DNA of 64,000 nucleotides from an uncultured cyanobacterium (GTDB lineage Bacteria > Cyanobacteriota > Cyanobacteriia > Phormidesmidales > Phormidesmidaceae). Shown here in pieces: positions 1 to 10,629 of the stretch. How positions within the stretch are numbered: the first letter of the stretch is position 1; each line of letters starts with the position of its first letter. The notes beneath the pieces were generated by a model. That model ran no database searches, was not told where the DNA came from, and was given only the letters and a program-made list of their open reading frames with translations. The DNA lies in the NCBI GenBank assembly GCA_963793265.1, contig CAWBZI010000001.1:640001-704000 (forward strand), written 5' to 3'. The translations under genes and the position numbers were made by a program.

Positions 1-24
1 GAGTCCCTAAACACCGAGAACCCC

Positions 25-414
25 TTGAACGCACCTCTAAATGCGCCCTTGAATGCACCCTCGAATACAGTGAGTAGTTCTGAGCCCCTGACCCATCAGT
101 CCCCACAAGATATGCCAGCGGATCTCGCGCAGTTGGTGCAGGTTGTTCAAGCAGCGGCCCAAAGCAGGGAGGGCGATTGCGTAGAGCTACTAGCGCTGCT
201 AAGGCTGCTAAACGAACTGCACTACAACATTCGAGACACTCTTTTTCGAGAAGCGCTGCCCGACAATCGCCAGCATTTGTACCGGCTGCTCAAAGACATG
301 GAAAATAAGGGTGGCTGGCCCTATATCAGAAGAATGAAGCTAACTGCACTATTAGAGCATCTAAACGAAGAAGAGGCGGAAGCGGGAAACGAGTCTGAGC
401 AAAGTCAGGGCTGA
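25..414 (+). CDS. Conserved cyanobacterial hypothetical protein
   Basis: 129-aa ORF; core LLALLRLLNELHYNIRDTLFREALPDNRQHLYRLLKDME..GGWPYI resembles a conserved cyanobacterial family; start uncertain. Confidence 0.75.
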   Translation: MNAPLNAPLNAPSNTVSSSEPLTHQSPQDMPADLAQLVQVVQAAAQSREGDCVELLALLRLLNELHYNIRDTLFREALPDNRQHLYRLLKDMENKGGWPYIRRMKLTALLEHLNEEEAEAGNESEQSQG

Positions 415-766
415 GGATTACTGCCAATTGCATTCTTCAAATTTACGTTTACTTACGTTTCAAGCGCGCTGAGAGCCGATTTGAAGGAATAGAGCTTGTT
501 GCGTCTCTATAAGCCGCTCGCTCACTTTGTCATCTGCCTTTATTTAGCTGTCTCTAATTTCTTGCGGTTAGCATCCTTTTACCTTCGTAAGAGGATCAAT
601 GCGCTTAGGTGGCACAGCTAACCGGGCAACATCTGATCAAATCTCGTAGGATTGCTCACACCAGAGCTTCTACCTTTTTAATAGATTCCGCGATCGCGCC
701 CTTGTGAAAAAATAGCCAAAAGAATAGCGATCTCCAAAAATATAGGCAACTAAAGTACAGGCAACC

Positions 767-2386
767 ATGTTTTTTAAAGCACACTACAAAAGCCCTGATA
801 GGAGCTGGCAGCGTCTCTTGCAGTGCAATCTTCTACAGAGCGTCTTGCTATCGGGTATGGTGGCTTTGCTCTCTCAAGGCATTGCCGCCTCCCCCGCTGA
901 AGCGGCGGTGAATCGGTATTGCCAGCTATCGCAGGCAGACGCCGACAGAAAAGAGTCGCTGCGTGTGGCGGGTGCTCAAGGTGATGCTACCGCGCAGCAG
1001 CAATACGAAGACCTTAGACAGCAGCATACGCGCGATCTGCAAGACTGTCGTCGGCAAAACTGGCCAGAGAATCAGGCGATTTGGCTGCGGCTATACCCTT
1101 GTGATTTGCAGCCGGGCCGATTAGATGCGCTGATGGATCGGATTGTGAACTTGGGCTACAACCAGGTTTATATTGAGGCATTTTCTAATGGGCAGGTGCT
1201 GTTGCCTAAAAACGATAATCCGACAGTTTGGCCCAGTGTGGTGCAGTCGAGCGCGGATGCCGATCGTGATTTGCTAGCAGAAGCGATCGCCTCTGCCCAA
1301 GACAGAGACTTGACCGCCTATGCCTGGATGTTTACGCTCAACTTTGGCTATTCATACGGTCAGCGAGCCGACCGCAGGCAGGTACTTGCTCGCAATCGTT
1401 CGGGGGCAGACACACGCGACTATGCCGACAACGGAACCAGCGGCGTTTCCGAAGAATCCTTTGTTGATCCTTATAATGCAACGGCTCAGGCTGACTACGC
1501 TCAAATGGTACGCGCCGTACTTGCTCGTAATCCTGATGGCGCGCTTTATGACTACGTACGCTATCCTCGCCTCACAGGTGCGGCTTCTGTGGTTAGCCAG
1601 GTGAGCGACCTATGGATTTACGGCTCAGCAGCGAGCAATGCGCTTGTGCAGCGTGGCATGAACAATAAGGGGCGAGCGCTTATTCAGAAGTTTTTACAGC
1701 GCGGCTACATCACAGATACAGACGTAGCCCAGGTTGATAGTCAGTATCCCACTGAAGGAGAACCGCTATGGCAGAGCCGCAATCCACCCGCAGTAGAGCC
1801 TAAAGATTTAGCCGCCCCTTCCGAGCGTAGGCCAGGGCTACAGGTAGAGCTATGGCGACTGAGCGTAGCCCATGCAATTCAGGGTGTCGTAGACTTTTTA
1901 CAGGCGGGCGCTATGCCTGCTCGTCAAGCGGGCATCCCTGCCGGAGCCGTCTTTTTCCCTTATGGCAACCGAGCCGTTGGCAGTGGCTACGACGCCCGGT
2001 TGCAGCACTGGAACCGCTTTCCTGAATGGATGGATGCTCATCCGATGGCGTATGCGGTCTGTGGAAATGCAAACTGCATTGTGGACGAAGTGCGGCGCGT
2101 AACCAACATTCGACAAAACACTAGAACCGTGAAGCCTGCGCTAGCGGGAACGTGGGGCGTCGCACAGCCAAACCGGCCTTCTCTAGAAGTGCAAATGGAC
2201 GCACTACAGCGGAACTTTCCACAGATCAATACGGTGAGCCATTTTTCGTTTGCCTGGCAAGATTCCGAGTTTGATCGGTTTCGGAAGAGTTGTGGCGTGG
2301 GTAGAGCGCAAGGGCCGGACTTGGATGTGCTCAGAAGCAGAGTTCGCTTAGACGAGACGAGTGAGCAGGCAAATAACTTTCAATAG
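767..2386 (+). CDS. Glycoside hydrolase-like family 10 (DUF187/GHL10) protein, probably exported
   Basis: Signal-like N-terminus; AIWLRLYPCD, GYNQVYIEAF and DG.LYDYVRYP motifs. Confidence 0.75.
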   Translation: MFFKAHYKSPDRSWQRLLQCNLLQSVLLSGMVALLSQGIAASPAEAAVNRYCQLSQADADRKESLRVAGAQGDATAQQQYEDLRQQHTRDLQDCRRQNWPENQAIWLRLYPCDLQPGRLDALMDRIVNLGYNQVYIEAFSNGQVLLPKNDNPTVWPSVVQSSADADRDLLAEAIASAQDRDLTAYAWMFTLNFGYSYGQRADRRQVLARNRSGADTRDYADNGTSGVSEESFVDPYNATAQADYAQMVRAVLARNPDGALYDYVRYPRLTGAASVVSQVSDLWIYGSAASNALVQRGMNNKGRALIQKFLQRGYITDTDVAQVDSQYPTEGEPLWQSRNPPAVEPKDLAAPSERRPGLQVELWRLSVAHAIQGVVDFLQAGAMPARQAGIPAGAVFFPYGNRAVGSGYDARLQHWNRFPEWMDAHPMAYAVCGNANCIVDEVRRVTNIRQNTRTVKPALAGTWGVAQPNRPSLEVQMDALQRNFPQINTVSHFSFAWQDSEFDRFRKSCGVGRAQGPDLDVLRSRVRLDETSEQANNFQ

Positions 2387-2391
2387 CCTAT

Positions 2392-4284
2392 TCAAGTTAG
2401 CCCACCTAAGTAGCCTCGGGGCGTGATAAACCAGCCTTCATAGGTGCGACTGCTGCGGTTACCGATGATGACGGTGGTGAGCATGTCTATGGGGTGCTCG
2501 AACATTTCGCCCAGGCTAGTCAGGGTGATTTGTTCGTCGGGGCGGTAGAGCGATCTGGCTAATGCCACAGGCGTATCGGCACTTCTGTGCTTTAAGAACG
2601 TTTCTTGCGCGAACACGATTTGATCAGTGCGTGTTTTTGATTTGGGATTGTATAGCGCCACTATGAAATCAGCTTCAGCAGCGGCCCGCAGTCGGGTTTG
2701 GATTACTTCCCACGGCGTTAGCAGGTTGCTCAGGCTGATAGCGCAAAAGTCGTGCATCAATGGGGCACCGACTCGTGAAGCCGCAGATTGCAGAGCGCTG
2801 ACGCCTGGAAATACTTCTACTTCAGGTGTTTTACCATCCCAAGATTCGGCTCGCAGTTGCTCTAGAACTAGACCTGCCATACCGTAGATGCCGCAATCGC
2901 CGGAGGAAATGACTGCTACTGTGAAACCTTCGTTCGCTAGCGCGATCGCTCTTTCGGCCCGCTGCCGCTCTTGAGTAATCGGTAGTCCTTCTACAATTTG
3001 ACCCGGACGTAGCAAAGGTCGAATGAGATCGACGTAGAGCTTATAGCCGATTACAACGTCTGCATTTGTAATTGCGGCCCTAGCGGCAGGCGTGATTTGG
3101 TTAAGACTGCCGGGGCCAGTGCCGACAAGGTGAAGCTTACCCGTGCGACCTATGTATTCGGTTTCTGATTGAGCGATCGCAACTGTCACCGCCCCCTTAA
3201 CACCTTCTATCTCAACATCTACCGCCTTCACAATCTGCTTTTTCACTCTCAGCGTACTTACCGTATCAGCCGCATCGCAATAGCCAACTGCCACAATGGC
3301 TGCGGCCTCAGACACGCTAGGCGTTCCTACCTCTCGTTCAACGACGCTTGAAGGCGTTGGAACAGCCACAGAATTCAGCATCTTTGCCGTAAAACACCGC
3401 AACGGCCAGTTTCGTTCTTGGGCGAGTTCAACTAAGCCCACTTCATCTGCTTTGAGATCGATGGTGGCTATTCCAGCGATCGCGCCCAAAGCCAAATGAT
3501 TCTTCCGGCATATCTCTATCACCGCATGTTCAATTAGCGCTTTGCTCGTATCCCTTTCACAGCCAATCCCTAACCACAAAACGCGAGGATGCCACTGCAC
3601 TTTTGGCAAATCAGCATCCGGTGCAAACGTTCTTTGAATGGGGCTAATCCACACGCGGCCCTTCGGCTTGGCTTTGGCGTCTCGATCTTCAAATTCTGGG
3701 AAGCCAAACTGAAAGGGATGGTCGGCAGGTAAGTGCTTTTGCCAGAGGGTGCTACCGGCTTCTTGGAGTATTTGGACTGGGGACTGCTGTGCGATCGCTG
3801 CTGCAACTCCCGTCCAATCACCAGCTCCCATTGCCCAGCCAAACGGTGTGCCGAGCGTATCTATACCAGGTAGGTTTAGAGAGTGTGATGAGCCGGTGAT
3901 AATGGGTTCGGCGTTGAGGAGCTGGCTGATGTGTTGGGTGAGGCGATCGCCCCCACCCTGATGCCCGCCGCACAAACTAATCGCCACTTTCCCATCTGGG
4001 TCAATCACAACGACAGCCGGGTCACTGGCTTTATCAGTCAACAGCGGCGCAATCAAACGAACCACCGCACCGCTGGCAAGACAAAAAACAAAGCCTTCGT
4101 ACGCTTGCCAATTCGCCTGCAAAAAAGCCGCTAATGAAGTGTCGTAAATGCGATAGCTGAGATTTAACGCATCAGCCTCGTGCTGCAATTTGGGCGAAAT
4201 CCATAACTGTGCAACCTCTCCACACAGCGGCGCTAAGCAGCGCAGGCCCGAAGGTGTCGTCGTAATTGCAGCGGTAGGTAGCAT
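2392..4284 (-). CDS. cobJ: Precorrin-3B C17-methyltransferase, CbiG-CbiH fusion
   Basis: CbiG motifs (DKASDPAVVVID, GGHQGG, LGIGC) fused to a tetrapyrrole methylase domain (VGTGPG, SSGDCGIYGM, HDFCAISLS). Confidence 0.95.
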   Translation of the reverse strand: MLPTAAITTTPSGLRCLAPLCGEVAQLWISPKLQHEADALNLSYRIYDTSLAAFLQANWQAYEGFVFCLASGAVVRLIAPLLTDKASDPAVVVIDPDGKVAISLCGGHQGGGDRLTQHISQLLNAEPIITGSSHSLNLPGIDTLGTPFGWAMGAGDWTGVAAAIAQQSPVQILQEAGSTLWQKHLPADHPFQFGFPEFEDRDAKAKPKGRVWISPIQRTFAPDADLPKVQWHPRVLWLGIGCERDTSKALIEHAVIEICRKNHLALGAIAGIATIDLKADEVGLVELAQERNWPLRCFTAKMLNSVAVPTPSSVVEREVGTPSVSEAAAIVAVGYCDAADTVSTLRVKKQIVKAVDVEIEGVKGAVTVAIAQSETEYIGRTGKLHLVGTGPGSLNQITPAARAAITNADVVIGYKLYVDLIRPLLRPGQIVEGLPITQERQRAERAIALANEGFTVAVISSGDCGIYGMAGLVLEQLRAESWDGKTPEVEVFPGVSALQSAASRVGAPLMHDFCAISLSNLLTPWEVIQTRLRAAAEADFIVALYNPKSKTRTDQIVFAQETFLKHRSADTPVALARSLYRPDEQITLTSLGEMFEHPIDMLTTVIIGNRSSRTYEGWFITPRGYLGGLT

Positions 4285-4294
4285 AGGTACATTT

Positions 4295-4729
4295 TCAAGC
4301 CGACTGGCGAGGCCGAATAGAAGCCAAGGCTTTTGATTCTACCTTTTGAGTGTGGTACAAATCCCACCGAAGCTGAAGACTCATCCAGAAGTCGGCTGAG
4401 TTGCCGAAGTACTTAGCCAAGCGCAGCGCTGTACTAGGCGTTATGGCAGTTCTGACTTTAATTATTTTGCTGACAAGCTCTAGCGGAAGGTGTATAGATT
4501 CGGCAAGTTCCTGCTCAGTAATATTCATGGGCTTTAAAAACGATTCTTCAAGCATCTGCCCCGGAGGCGTCGGCACTCGATGACTAGGCACACGAACTCT
4601 CAGTGCGGCATTCTCAAAAAACGCATCTGTCAAAGGCGGAATATCAGAGTAGTTAATACTTTCGTCTTCCATAGCCTCTCGTACTGCCCAGCCAGTACGG
4701 GAGGTACCGTTCAAGTCTTGTCCGCTCAT
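4295..4729 (-). CDS. higA: HigA-family antitoxin (XRE HTH) with a BrnA-like N-terminal segment
   Basis: C-terminus P.PPGQMLEE.FLKPMNITEQELAE...ITPSTALRLAKYFGNSADFWMSLQ is HigA-type; N-terminus INYSDIPPLTDAFFENA is BrnA-type. Confidence 0.85.
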   Translation of the reverse strand: MSGQDLNGTSRTGWAVREAMEDESINYSDIPPLTDAFFENAALRVRVPSHRVPTPPGQMLEESFLKPMNITEQELAESIHLPLELVSKIIKVRTAITPSTALRLAKYFGNSADFWMSLQLRWDLYHTQKVESKALASIRPRQSA

Positions 4730-4772
4730 TTCTATTAGCCCTTCGTGCCGAAGTAATTAAAATCACATCATA
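4705..4772 (-). pseudogene. 3' remnant of a BrnT-family toxin gene
   Basis: A minus-strand frame reads YDVILITSARRANRNERTRLERY, like the BrnT C-terminal IISARKA motif; it overlaps the antitoxin ATG and has an in-frame TGA just upstream. Confidence 0.6.
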
Positions 4773-4856
4773 CGAACAGTATTCGCATCCTGACTCAGGA
4801 AGGTATCATTCACGGTTAGAGTGGAGCTGACGACCTACGCATCGCTTTTTATATAA

Positions 4857-5530
4857 ATGTCTGAAGATAAAAGCCTTGATATCATCGGTGCAGGAAAAAT
4901 CGCTGAAGCTATTCCAGACGCGGCTTGGACAACAGTAGTAGACACTGCCTGTGATACGTTCAGGCGAACGATCCTACCACTTACAGCGATTACCAGTGGC
5001 GTTGGACGGTTGATCGAAGCAAAGTTCAATCGGTTAGTCGATGCTGAGAAAGTTGTTATCTCTAACACAATGTTCCGTGCTACGGAGAAAGCGACCCGCA
5101 ATAATCAGAAGCAGAAAGAGGCACACAAGACAGCCATCATATTGAAGGTTATAGAAAGTGCATCTAGCGAGGTTGATGCTACGCTGCAAGAGCTATGGAC
5201 AAACTTAGTCGCGAATGAACTTGTGGACGGCTCTATTCATCCAGAATTTGTCCGCATTTTATCAAGACTCAGCACTGCTGATGCCCAAAGACTGATAGAG
5301 ATTGCGCAAAGCTCTAAGCAGAGGTCGTCTCTTAAGTTAGCCTAAAAATCTTGAGTGTCGTAGAGGTGGGTTCAGTGCGTCTGAGAGGTACTAGCAAAGA
5401 ACATACAACCTTTATTGATGCACATCTATCTAATCTCAATCTAATTCAGATATCCGATATCAATACCTGCGAGCTGACTGTTACAGGTAGAGCTTTTCTT
5501 GAGTCTGTTAGTGATCCTTCTATGGAATAA
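4857..5530 (+). pseudogene. Abi-alpha (DUF4393)-like protein, split by a frameshift near 5340
   Basis: LQELWTNLVANE..IHPEFVRILSRLSTADA motif; after the stop at 5345 the -1 frame continues LKILSVVEV...ELTVTGRAFLESVSDPSME* to 5530. Confidence 0.7.
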
Positions 5531-5568
5531 TCTTCTTCAACACAAGAGTATATAGCCATTAGTCGCAC

Positions 5569-5769
5569 TCATAATTCCTGTAGCTTTCCTTTGGCCTTTG
5601 CATCCATCGCTTCTTTGAGTAGAAAGTCTAGCTTTCCTTCGGCACTATCTCTCTCAATTTGCTCATCCCAAATCTGCCAGTCCTTCTCGGCAAACCACTC
5701 CCTCAATTGATTGAAGTCTTGTTGAGGAAGCGCCTCAATTTCAGCTTTTATTTGCTCTACCTGTGTCAT
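5569..5769 (-). CDS. Small antitoxin-like protein (66 aa)
   Basis: SD GAGG upstream; LREWFAEKDWQIWDEQIERDSAEGKLDFL resembles small proteins usually paired with RelE/ParE-like toxins. Confidence 0.65.
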   Translation of the reverse strand: MTQVEQIKAEIEALPQQDFNQLREWFAEKDWQIWDEQIERDSAEGKLDFLLKEAMDAKAKGKLQEL

Positions 5770-5819
5770 GGAGATACCTCAACATAGCAAATTAGTTAAA
5801 AGAGAGGCCGCGATAACGT

Positions 5820-8609
5820 TTACACCATTTCAGACTGCTTAGCGGCAGGTTGTGGCTGTGGTTGGAACTGGAAGAGGGTGTAGACTACGTTCCGGCGGAT
5901 GCCTGTCATCATATCGAGGAAGACCTCGTAGCCTTCGCTCTTGTATTCGATGAGGGGGTCTTTTTGGCCGTAGCCGCGTAGGCCGACGGTTTCGCGGAGG
6001 GCGTCCATTTGCTGAAGGTGCTCGCGCCAGAGGTTGTCGATTTGCTGGAGGATGAAGAAGCGCTCAGCTTCGCGCATGAGGCCGGGCTTGATCATGTCAA
6101 CCTGCGCTTCTTTGAGGTCGTAGGCGATGCGAACCTGCTCTGCAAGGAAGGTTTTCATTTCACCCATGGAAAGGTTCTCTAGCTGGTCGGGAGTGAGGTC
6201 AGCGAGTAAGTAGATGAACTCTTGGACTTTGCTGACGACGCTGGCGAGATCCCATTCCTCTGAGGGCAGTTCGGGGTTGACATAGGCTTCTACGATGTCG
6301 TCCATCGTTTGCTCGGCGTAGGCTAGCACTAGCTCTTTTAGCTCTTTGCCTTCAAGTACACGGCGGCGCTCGGCGTAGATAGCGCGGCGCTGGTTGTTCA
6401 TTACCTCGTCGTATTCAAAGACTTGCTTACGGATGTCGTAGTAGTAGGTTTCTACTTTCTTTTGTGCGCCTTCGAGCGATCGCGTCAACATCCCCGATTC
6501 GATCGGCATGTCTTCTTCTACGCGGAAAGCATTCATCAGCCCGGCGACGCGATCGCCGCCAAAAATCCGCAGTAGATTATCTTCCAAGCTCAAGAAAAAC
6601 TTCGTCGAACCAGGATCACCCTGACGACCGGCCCTACCTCTAAGCTGATTATCCACCCGGCGAGACTCGTGACGCTCAGTACCAATCACGTGCAGTCCGC
6701 CTAGCTCAATGACACTATCATGAGCGGCTGAGGTAATAACCTCATATTCATCTAGCACACGGTTATAAACGTCTCTGAGCTTTTGAATTACCGGATCGCT
6801 AGTCGGCGCTTTCTCAGCAGCAACTGCAATTTTATCTTCAGCAGCTAGCTCCGAAAGGCTCTGCTCACCATAGGTTTGCGCGGCAAAAGAAACCGCTTCC
6901 TTCAGGGCTTCTTTGGTCTGTGGCGCTAAATCTGTAGGGAAGATCTGTGGCGCAACTTTCCAGGTTTTTGGCTTTTTGCCATCACCGAAGCCTTGAATAG
7001 ACTTTCCATTCTTAGCGGCTGCCACTTGAGCAACGCCAAACTTTTCGTCCTTCTCAGGCTTAACCAGTCGAGGCATGAAGTACTCGCGCACTTTCAGTCT
7101 CGCCATATAGTCAGCGTTACCACCCAAGATGATGTCGGTACCTCGGCCTGCCATGTTGGTGGCGATTGTCACTGAGCCGCTGCGTCCGGCCTGAGCGACG
7201 ATTTCTGATTCGCGCTCTACGTTCTCGGGTTTTGCGTTTAGCAGGTTGTGCTCTACGTTGAGTTCTTTGAGCAAGATGGAGAGGACTTCGGATTTTTCTA
7301 CGCTGGTGGTGCCGACGAGTACCGGGCGACCCGTTTCGTGCATTTCAGCGCATTCTTGGGCGATCGCATTCCACTTCGCGTTCTCAGTTTTATAAACCAC
7401 GTCTGGCAGATCACGCCGCTGCGAAGGGCGGTTTGTTGGAATAATCGTGACTTCCAAGTTGTAAATCTTTTCAAATTCAGCCTCTTCAGTTTTTGCCGTA
7501 CCCGTCATCCCTGAGAGCTTTGGATAGAGCAAAAAGAAGTTCTGGTAGGTAATAGAAGCCAGCGTTTGCGTCTCAGGCTGGATCTCTACGTGCTCTTTGG
7601 CCTCAATCGCCTGGTGCAGGCCATCGCTCCAACGGCGACCGGCCATTACACGTCCGGTAAATTCGTCTACGATCACAACTTCGCTATCGCGAACAATGTA
7701 GTTTACGTCTTTAGTAAATAGTTCCTTTGCCTTAAGCGCATTAAAAATGTAGTGCGCCCAGGGGTCTTTAGGATCGAATAGGTCAGTTACGTTTAGAAGC
7801 TGCTCGGCTTTCTCAAAGCCTTCATCGGTGAGCAGTACGTTGCGGGCTTTCTCATCAACTTCGTAGTCAACCTCATCGCCTTCTAGCTGAGCTGCAACCT
7901 CAGCCGCCTGCGTGTATTTCTCACCGGGGCGCTCTATTTGGCCTGAAATGATTAGAGGCGTCCTTGCCTCATCAACCAGAATTGAGTCCACTTCGTCGAT
8001 GACGCAGAAGTTAAACGGGCGCTGTACAACGTCCGCCATCTGCGTACTCATGTTGTCGCGCAGATAGTCGAAACCAAATTCGCTGTTGGTACCGTAAGTA
8101 ACGTCGCAGGCGTAGTTTCTCTTACGATCAGCGGGACTCATACCCTGCTGAATAAGGCCAACGCTCAAGCCTAAGAAGCGGTGAACCTGACCCATCCACT
8201 CAGCGTCACGCCGGGCTAGGTAGTCGTTTACCGTGACAACGTGAGCGCCTTTGCCTTCAATCGCATTTAGATAGACAGGCAGGGTAGACACCAGGGTCTT
8301 ACCTTCACCTGTTTTCATCTCGGCAATTTGCCCGTCGTGCAGCACCATGCCGCCGAGCATTTGCACGTCGTAGTGGCGCATTCCTAACACGCGCTTACCG
8401 GCTTCGCGTACAACCGCAAACGCTTCGGTCAAAATGTCGTCAGTGTCTTCGCCGTCTTTTAGCCGCTGCCGAAACTCCGCAGTTTTGCCCGTTAGCTCAG
8501 CATCAGAGAGCGCCTGCATTTCTTCTTCGAGCAGGTTGATCTCTTTGATATCGGGCTGGTAGCGCTTGAGCTTACGGGTATTAGGGTCGCCTAAAAGTCT
8601 TTTTAGCAT
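5820..8609 (-). CDS. secA: Preprotein translocase subunit SecA
   Basis: [28 protein letters not shown] and [11 protein letters not shown] motifs. Confidence 0.99.
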   Translation of the reverse strand: MLKRLLGDPNTRKLKRYQPDIKEINLLEEEMQALSDAELTGKTAEFRQRLKDGEDTDDILTEAFAVVREAGKRVLGMRHYDVQMLGGMVLHDGQIAEMKTGEGKTLVSTLPVYLNAIEGKGAHVVTVNDYLARRDAEWMGQVHRFLGLSVGLIQQGMSPADRKRNYACDVTYGTNSEFGFDYLRDNMSTQMADVVQRPFNFCVIDEVDSILVDEARTPLIISGQIERPGEKYTQAAEVAAQLEGDEVDYEVDEKARNVLLTDEGFEKAEQLLNVTDLFDPKDPWAHYIFNALKAKELFTKDVNYIVRDSEVVIVDEFTGRVMAGRRWSDGLHQAIEAKEHVEIQPETQTLASITYQNFFLLYPKLSGMTGTAKTEEAEFEKIYNLEVTIIPTNRPSQRRDLPDVVYKTENAKWNAIAQECAEMHETGRPVLVGTTSVEKSEVLSILLKELNVEHNLLNAKPENVERESEIVAQAGRSGSVTIATNMAGRGTDIILGGNADYMARLKVREYFMPRLVKPEKDEKFGVAQVAAAKNGKSIQGFGDGKKPKTWKVAPQIFPTDLAPQTKEALKEAVSFAAQTYGEQSLSELAAEDKIAVAAEKAPTSDPVIQKLRDVYNRVLDEYEVITSAAHDSVIELGGLHVIGTERHESRRVDNQLRGRAGRQGDPGSTKFFLSLEDNLLRIFGGDRVAGLMNAFRVEEDMPIESGMLTRSLEGAQKKVETYYYDIRKQVFEYDEVMNNQRRAIYAERRRVLEGKELKELVLAYAEQTMDDIVEAYVNPELPSEEWDLASVVSKVQEFIYLLADLTPDQLENLSMGEMKTFLAEQVRIAYDLKEAQVDMIKPGLMREAERFFILQQIDNLWREHLQQMDALRETVGLRGYGQKDPLIEYKSEGYEVFLDMMTGIRRNVVYTLFQFQPQPQPAAKQSEMV

Positions 8610-8995
8610 GTCAACAGCAAGGAAACGGCGGGCGGATATTATTGTATCTAACTAATCTTATGAGCGGGTAAGGCTTCGGTGGAAGAGGGTATTCCGGGCG
8701 GGTTACCCTACAAAGGTTACTGTTAGTACTAACCGTATCCCCTGAAAATGGTACCACCTGAAGGGTTGTGCTGGGGTTACGTAGGGCTGCGCTCGGGCGA
8801 ATTCTTCTATGGCTCGCCAAGTTAGGAGAAAGTCAGGAAAGCCTTACTTTTATAGCAGCAAGGTTTCTGCATAGCCACTATCCTTTACTAGAAAAGTAAA
8901 GGTATTTATTACAAACGCTCAGACTTGAATTCGGCAAGATTTTATCTGGCGTTCTTTTCCACTTCTTATGGAGGCCCAGCCGGGTTATTCGGTTT

Positions 8996-9487
8996 ATGGA
9001 CAGTCGGCATATTCAGTTTCAATACACACAGGTGTTTACGCCCGATCAGCTCACGCAACTGTGCGATTTGTTTAAGCTGGCTGCTTTTTGGGCTACAGAG
9101 AGACGGCCTTCGGAAATGGCACGGGCGATCGCTAACAGCAAACCCGTGGTCACCGCCTGGGACGATGAAAAACTAATCGGCTTCTCACGCGCTACCACCG
9201 ATGGCGTTTTTCGCGCTACGATTTGGGACGTTGTAATCCATCCTGACTACAGAGGCGCAGGGCTCGGTCGCAGACTGGTAGAGACATTAATCGCGCACCC
9301 TCATATGAATAAGGTGGAGCGAACTTATTTGATGACCACTCACCAGCAGAGCTTTTACGAGCGCATTGGGTTTGAAGAAAACAGTACGACGACGATGGTG
9401 CTGCACAATCAACTGATTGCAGAGCGCCTGACAGAAGTCGCGGCAGCTCATGGCATAGCCGTAGAGGTAGGCGTAGAGCGAGGCTAA
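8996..9487 (+). CDS. GNAT family N-acetyltransferase
   Basis: IWDVVIHPDYRGAGLGRRL acetyl-CoA-binding motif. Confidence 0.9.
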   Translation: MDSRHIQFQYTQVFTPDQLTQLCDLFKLAAFWATERRPSEMARAIANSKPVVTAWDDEKLIGFSRATTDGVFRATIWDVVIHPDYRGAGLGRRLVETLIAHPHMNKVERTYLMTTHQQSFYERIGFEENSTTTMVLHNQLIAERLTEVAAAHGIAVEVGVERG

Positions 9488-9494
9488 ACAGTTT

Positions 9495-9746
9495 TTATTC
9501 GCCTGCTTCTTCAGCCTCAATTTTTTCGCGAGAGTCGCCCCAATAAGCGCTATAAATCCATTCTTCGTTGGGGCCTTTGTCTTCGGTGCGCCAGCGGTAG
9601 ATGACGCCTTTGTTGGGGTTGACGCCGACTTCTAGCAGCTTAGCTCCCATGTAGTATTCGGTTTGCTTGAGGGTGCGATCGCGAAAAAACTGACTTTCTC
9701 GCTTAGAAATTGTCTTAGAGATATGAGCCTGGGTAGGTTTTGCCAT
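9495..9746 (-). CDS. Conserved cyanobacterial hypothetical protein
   Basis: MAKPTQAH...YYMGAKLLEVGVNP...WIYSAYWG; ATG at 9746 preferred. Confidence 0.75.
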   Translation of the reverse strand: MAKPTQAHISKTISKRESQFFRDRTLKQTEYYMGAKLLEVGVNPNKGVIYRWRTEDKGPNEEWIYSAYWGDSREKIEAEEAGE

Positions 9747-9803
9747 GGTTCTAACTACGACCAAAAGTGACCGAAGGGATAGTCAAAAAAATAATTATAT
9801 AGA

Positions 9804-10577
9804 TTAAAGCGCCCACTCCAAATTGATGCCAACTCGGCTGTCGCCTTCATCCGCCGTGCTTTGCCACTCTAGATCGGTTGAGAGCCGTAAATTTCGAGTG
9901 ACTGCGTAGCCAAAGTTTAGCTGGGTAATGCTGAGCCCTTCGCTGTCGCCCACTATCCAGGATTGATCAAGCGTGATGTCGGCTGCGCCTGTGCGAGAAG
10001 GAACAACGCGCAAACGAACGCCGAGGTTTGCGCCGCTCACGCTGTAGTCGCTGGCAGATTTTGCGTAACGGTAGCCGACAGTGGGGGCGACGTTGAAGTA
10101 GCCGCCTAAAGGTAGGACGTAGTAGTGCAGGTCGGTGCCGTAGGCTTGGCGATCGCCCCTAAAATTCTGCTGATAGTCAGCGCTTACCGTCAGCGGCGTA
10201 TTGCCAATAAAAACATCTTCAACACCGACTAAAAAGCCACTCGTACCGTCCGAAGATGGAAAGTAGCTATAACCAGCCTGGAGTCGCGTTACAAAGCTAG
10301 GGTCGTTTCGGATATCGGCTCGAACGTCGGGCACTTTCTCTAGCCAGCGCTGCAAAACCGGACTCTGTTCAATAATCTCTGGCGTGAGGTTCAAAGGCCC
10401 CGTAGGCTCAGCAGATTCGGTAGGATCAGTAGTAGATTCAGCGGGCGTAGCAAGCGCAGGAGAGAATGAAGGTTCTAATGGGTTAGCAAAAGCAGCTGTA
10501 GGGAGAAGGGCGATCGCGCCTACCGTGGCAAAACGCCCTACCGACAGACAACCCATCAAAAGTTTCTGATAATTCAT
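9804..10577 (-). CDS. Hypothetical exported protein with an outer-membrane beta-barrel-like C-terminus
   Basis: Signal peptide, alternating hydrophobic strands, C-terminal VGINLEWAL. Confidence 0.7.
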   Translation of the reverse strand: MNYQKLLMGCLSVGRFATVGAIALLPTAAFANPLEPSFSPALATPAESTTDPTESAEPTGPLNLTPEIIEQSPVLQRWLEKVPDVRADIRNDPSFVTRLQAGYSYFPSSDGTSGFLVGVEDVFIGNTPLTVSADYQQNFRGDRQAYGTDLHYYVLPLGGYFNVAPTVGYRYAKSASDYSVSGANLGVRLRVVPSRTGAADITLDQSWIVGDSEGLSITQLNFGYAVTRNLRLSTDLEWQSTADEGDSRVGINLEWAL

Positions 10578-10629
10578 GGGCCTAGCCTATCCCGCTCACT
10601 AACAAAAGTCAGCCCGCTAGACCAAAAGC

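Noticed and set aside
8611..8990. SecM-like leader peptide or riboswitch upstream of secA (ORF 8611-8820; palindrome GTTAGTACTAAC near 8722)
   Set aside because: No signal sequence, arrest motif or riboswitch consensus; the pairings are short
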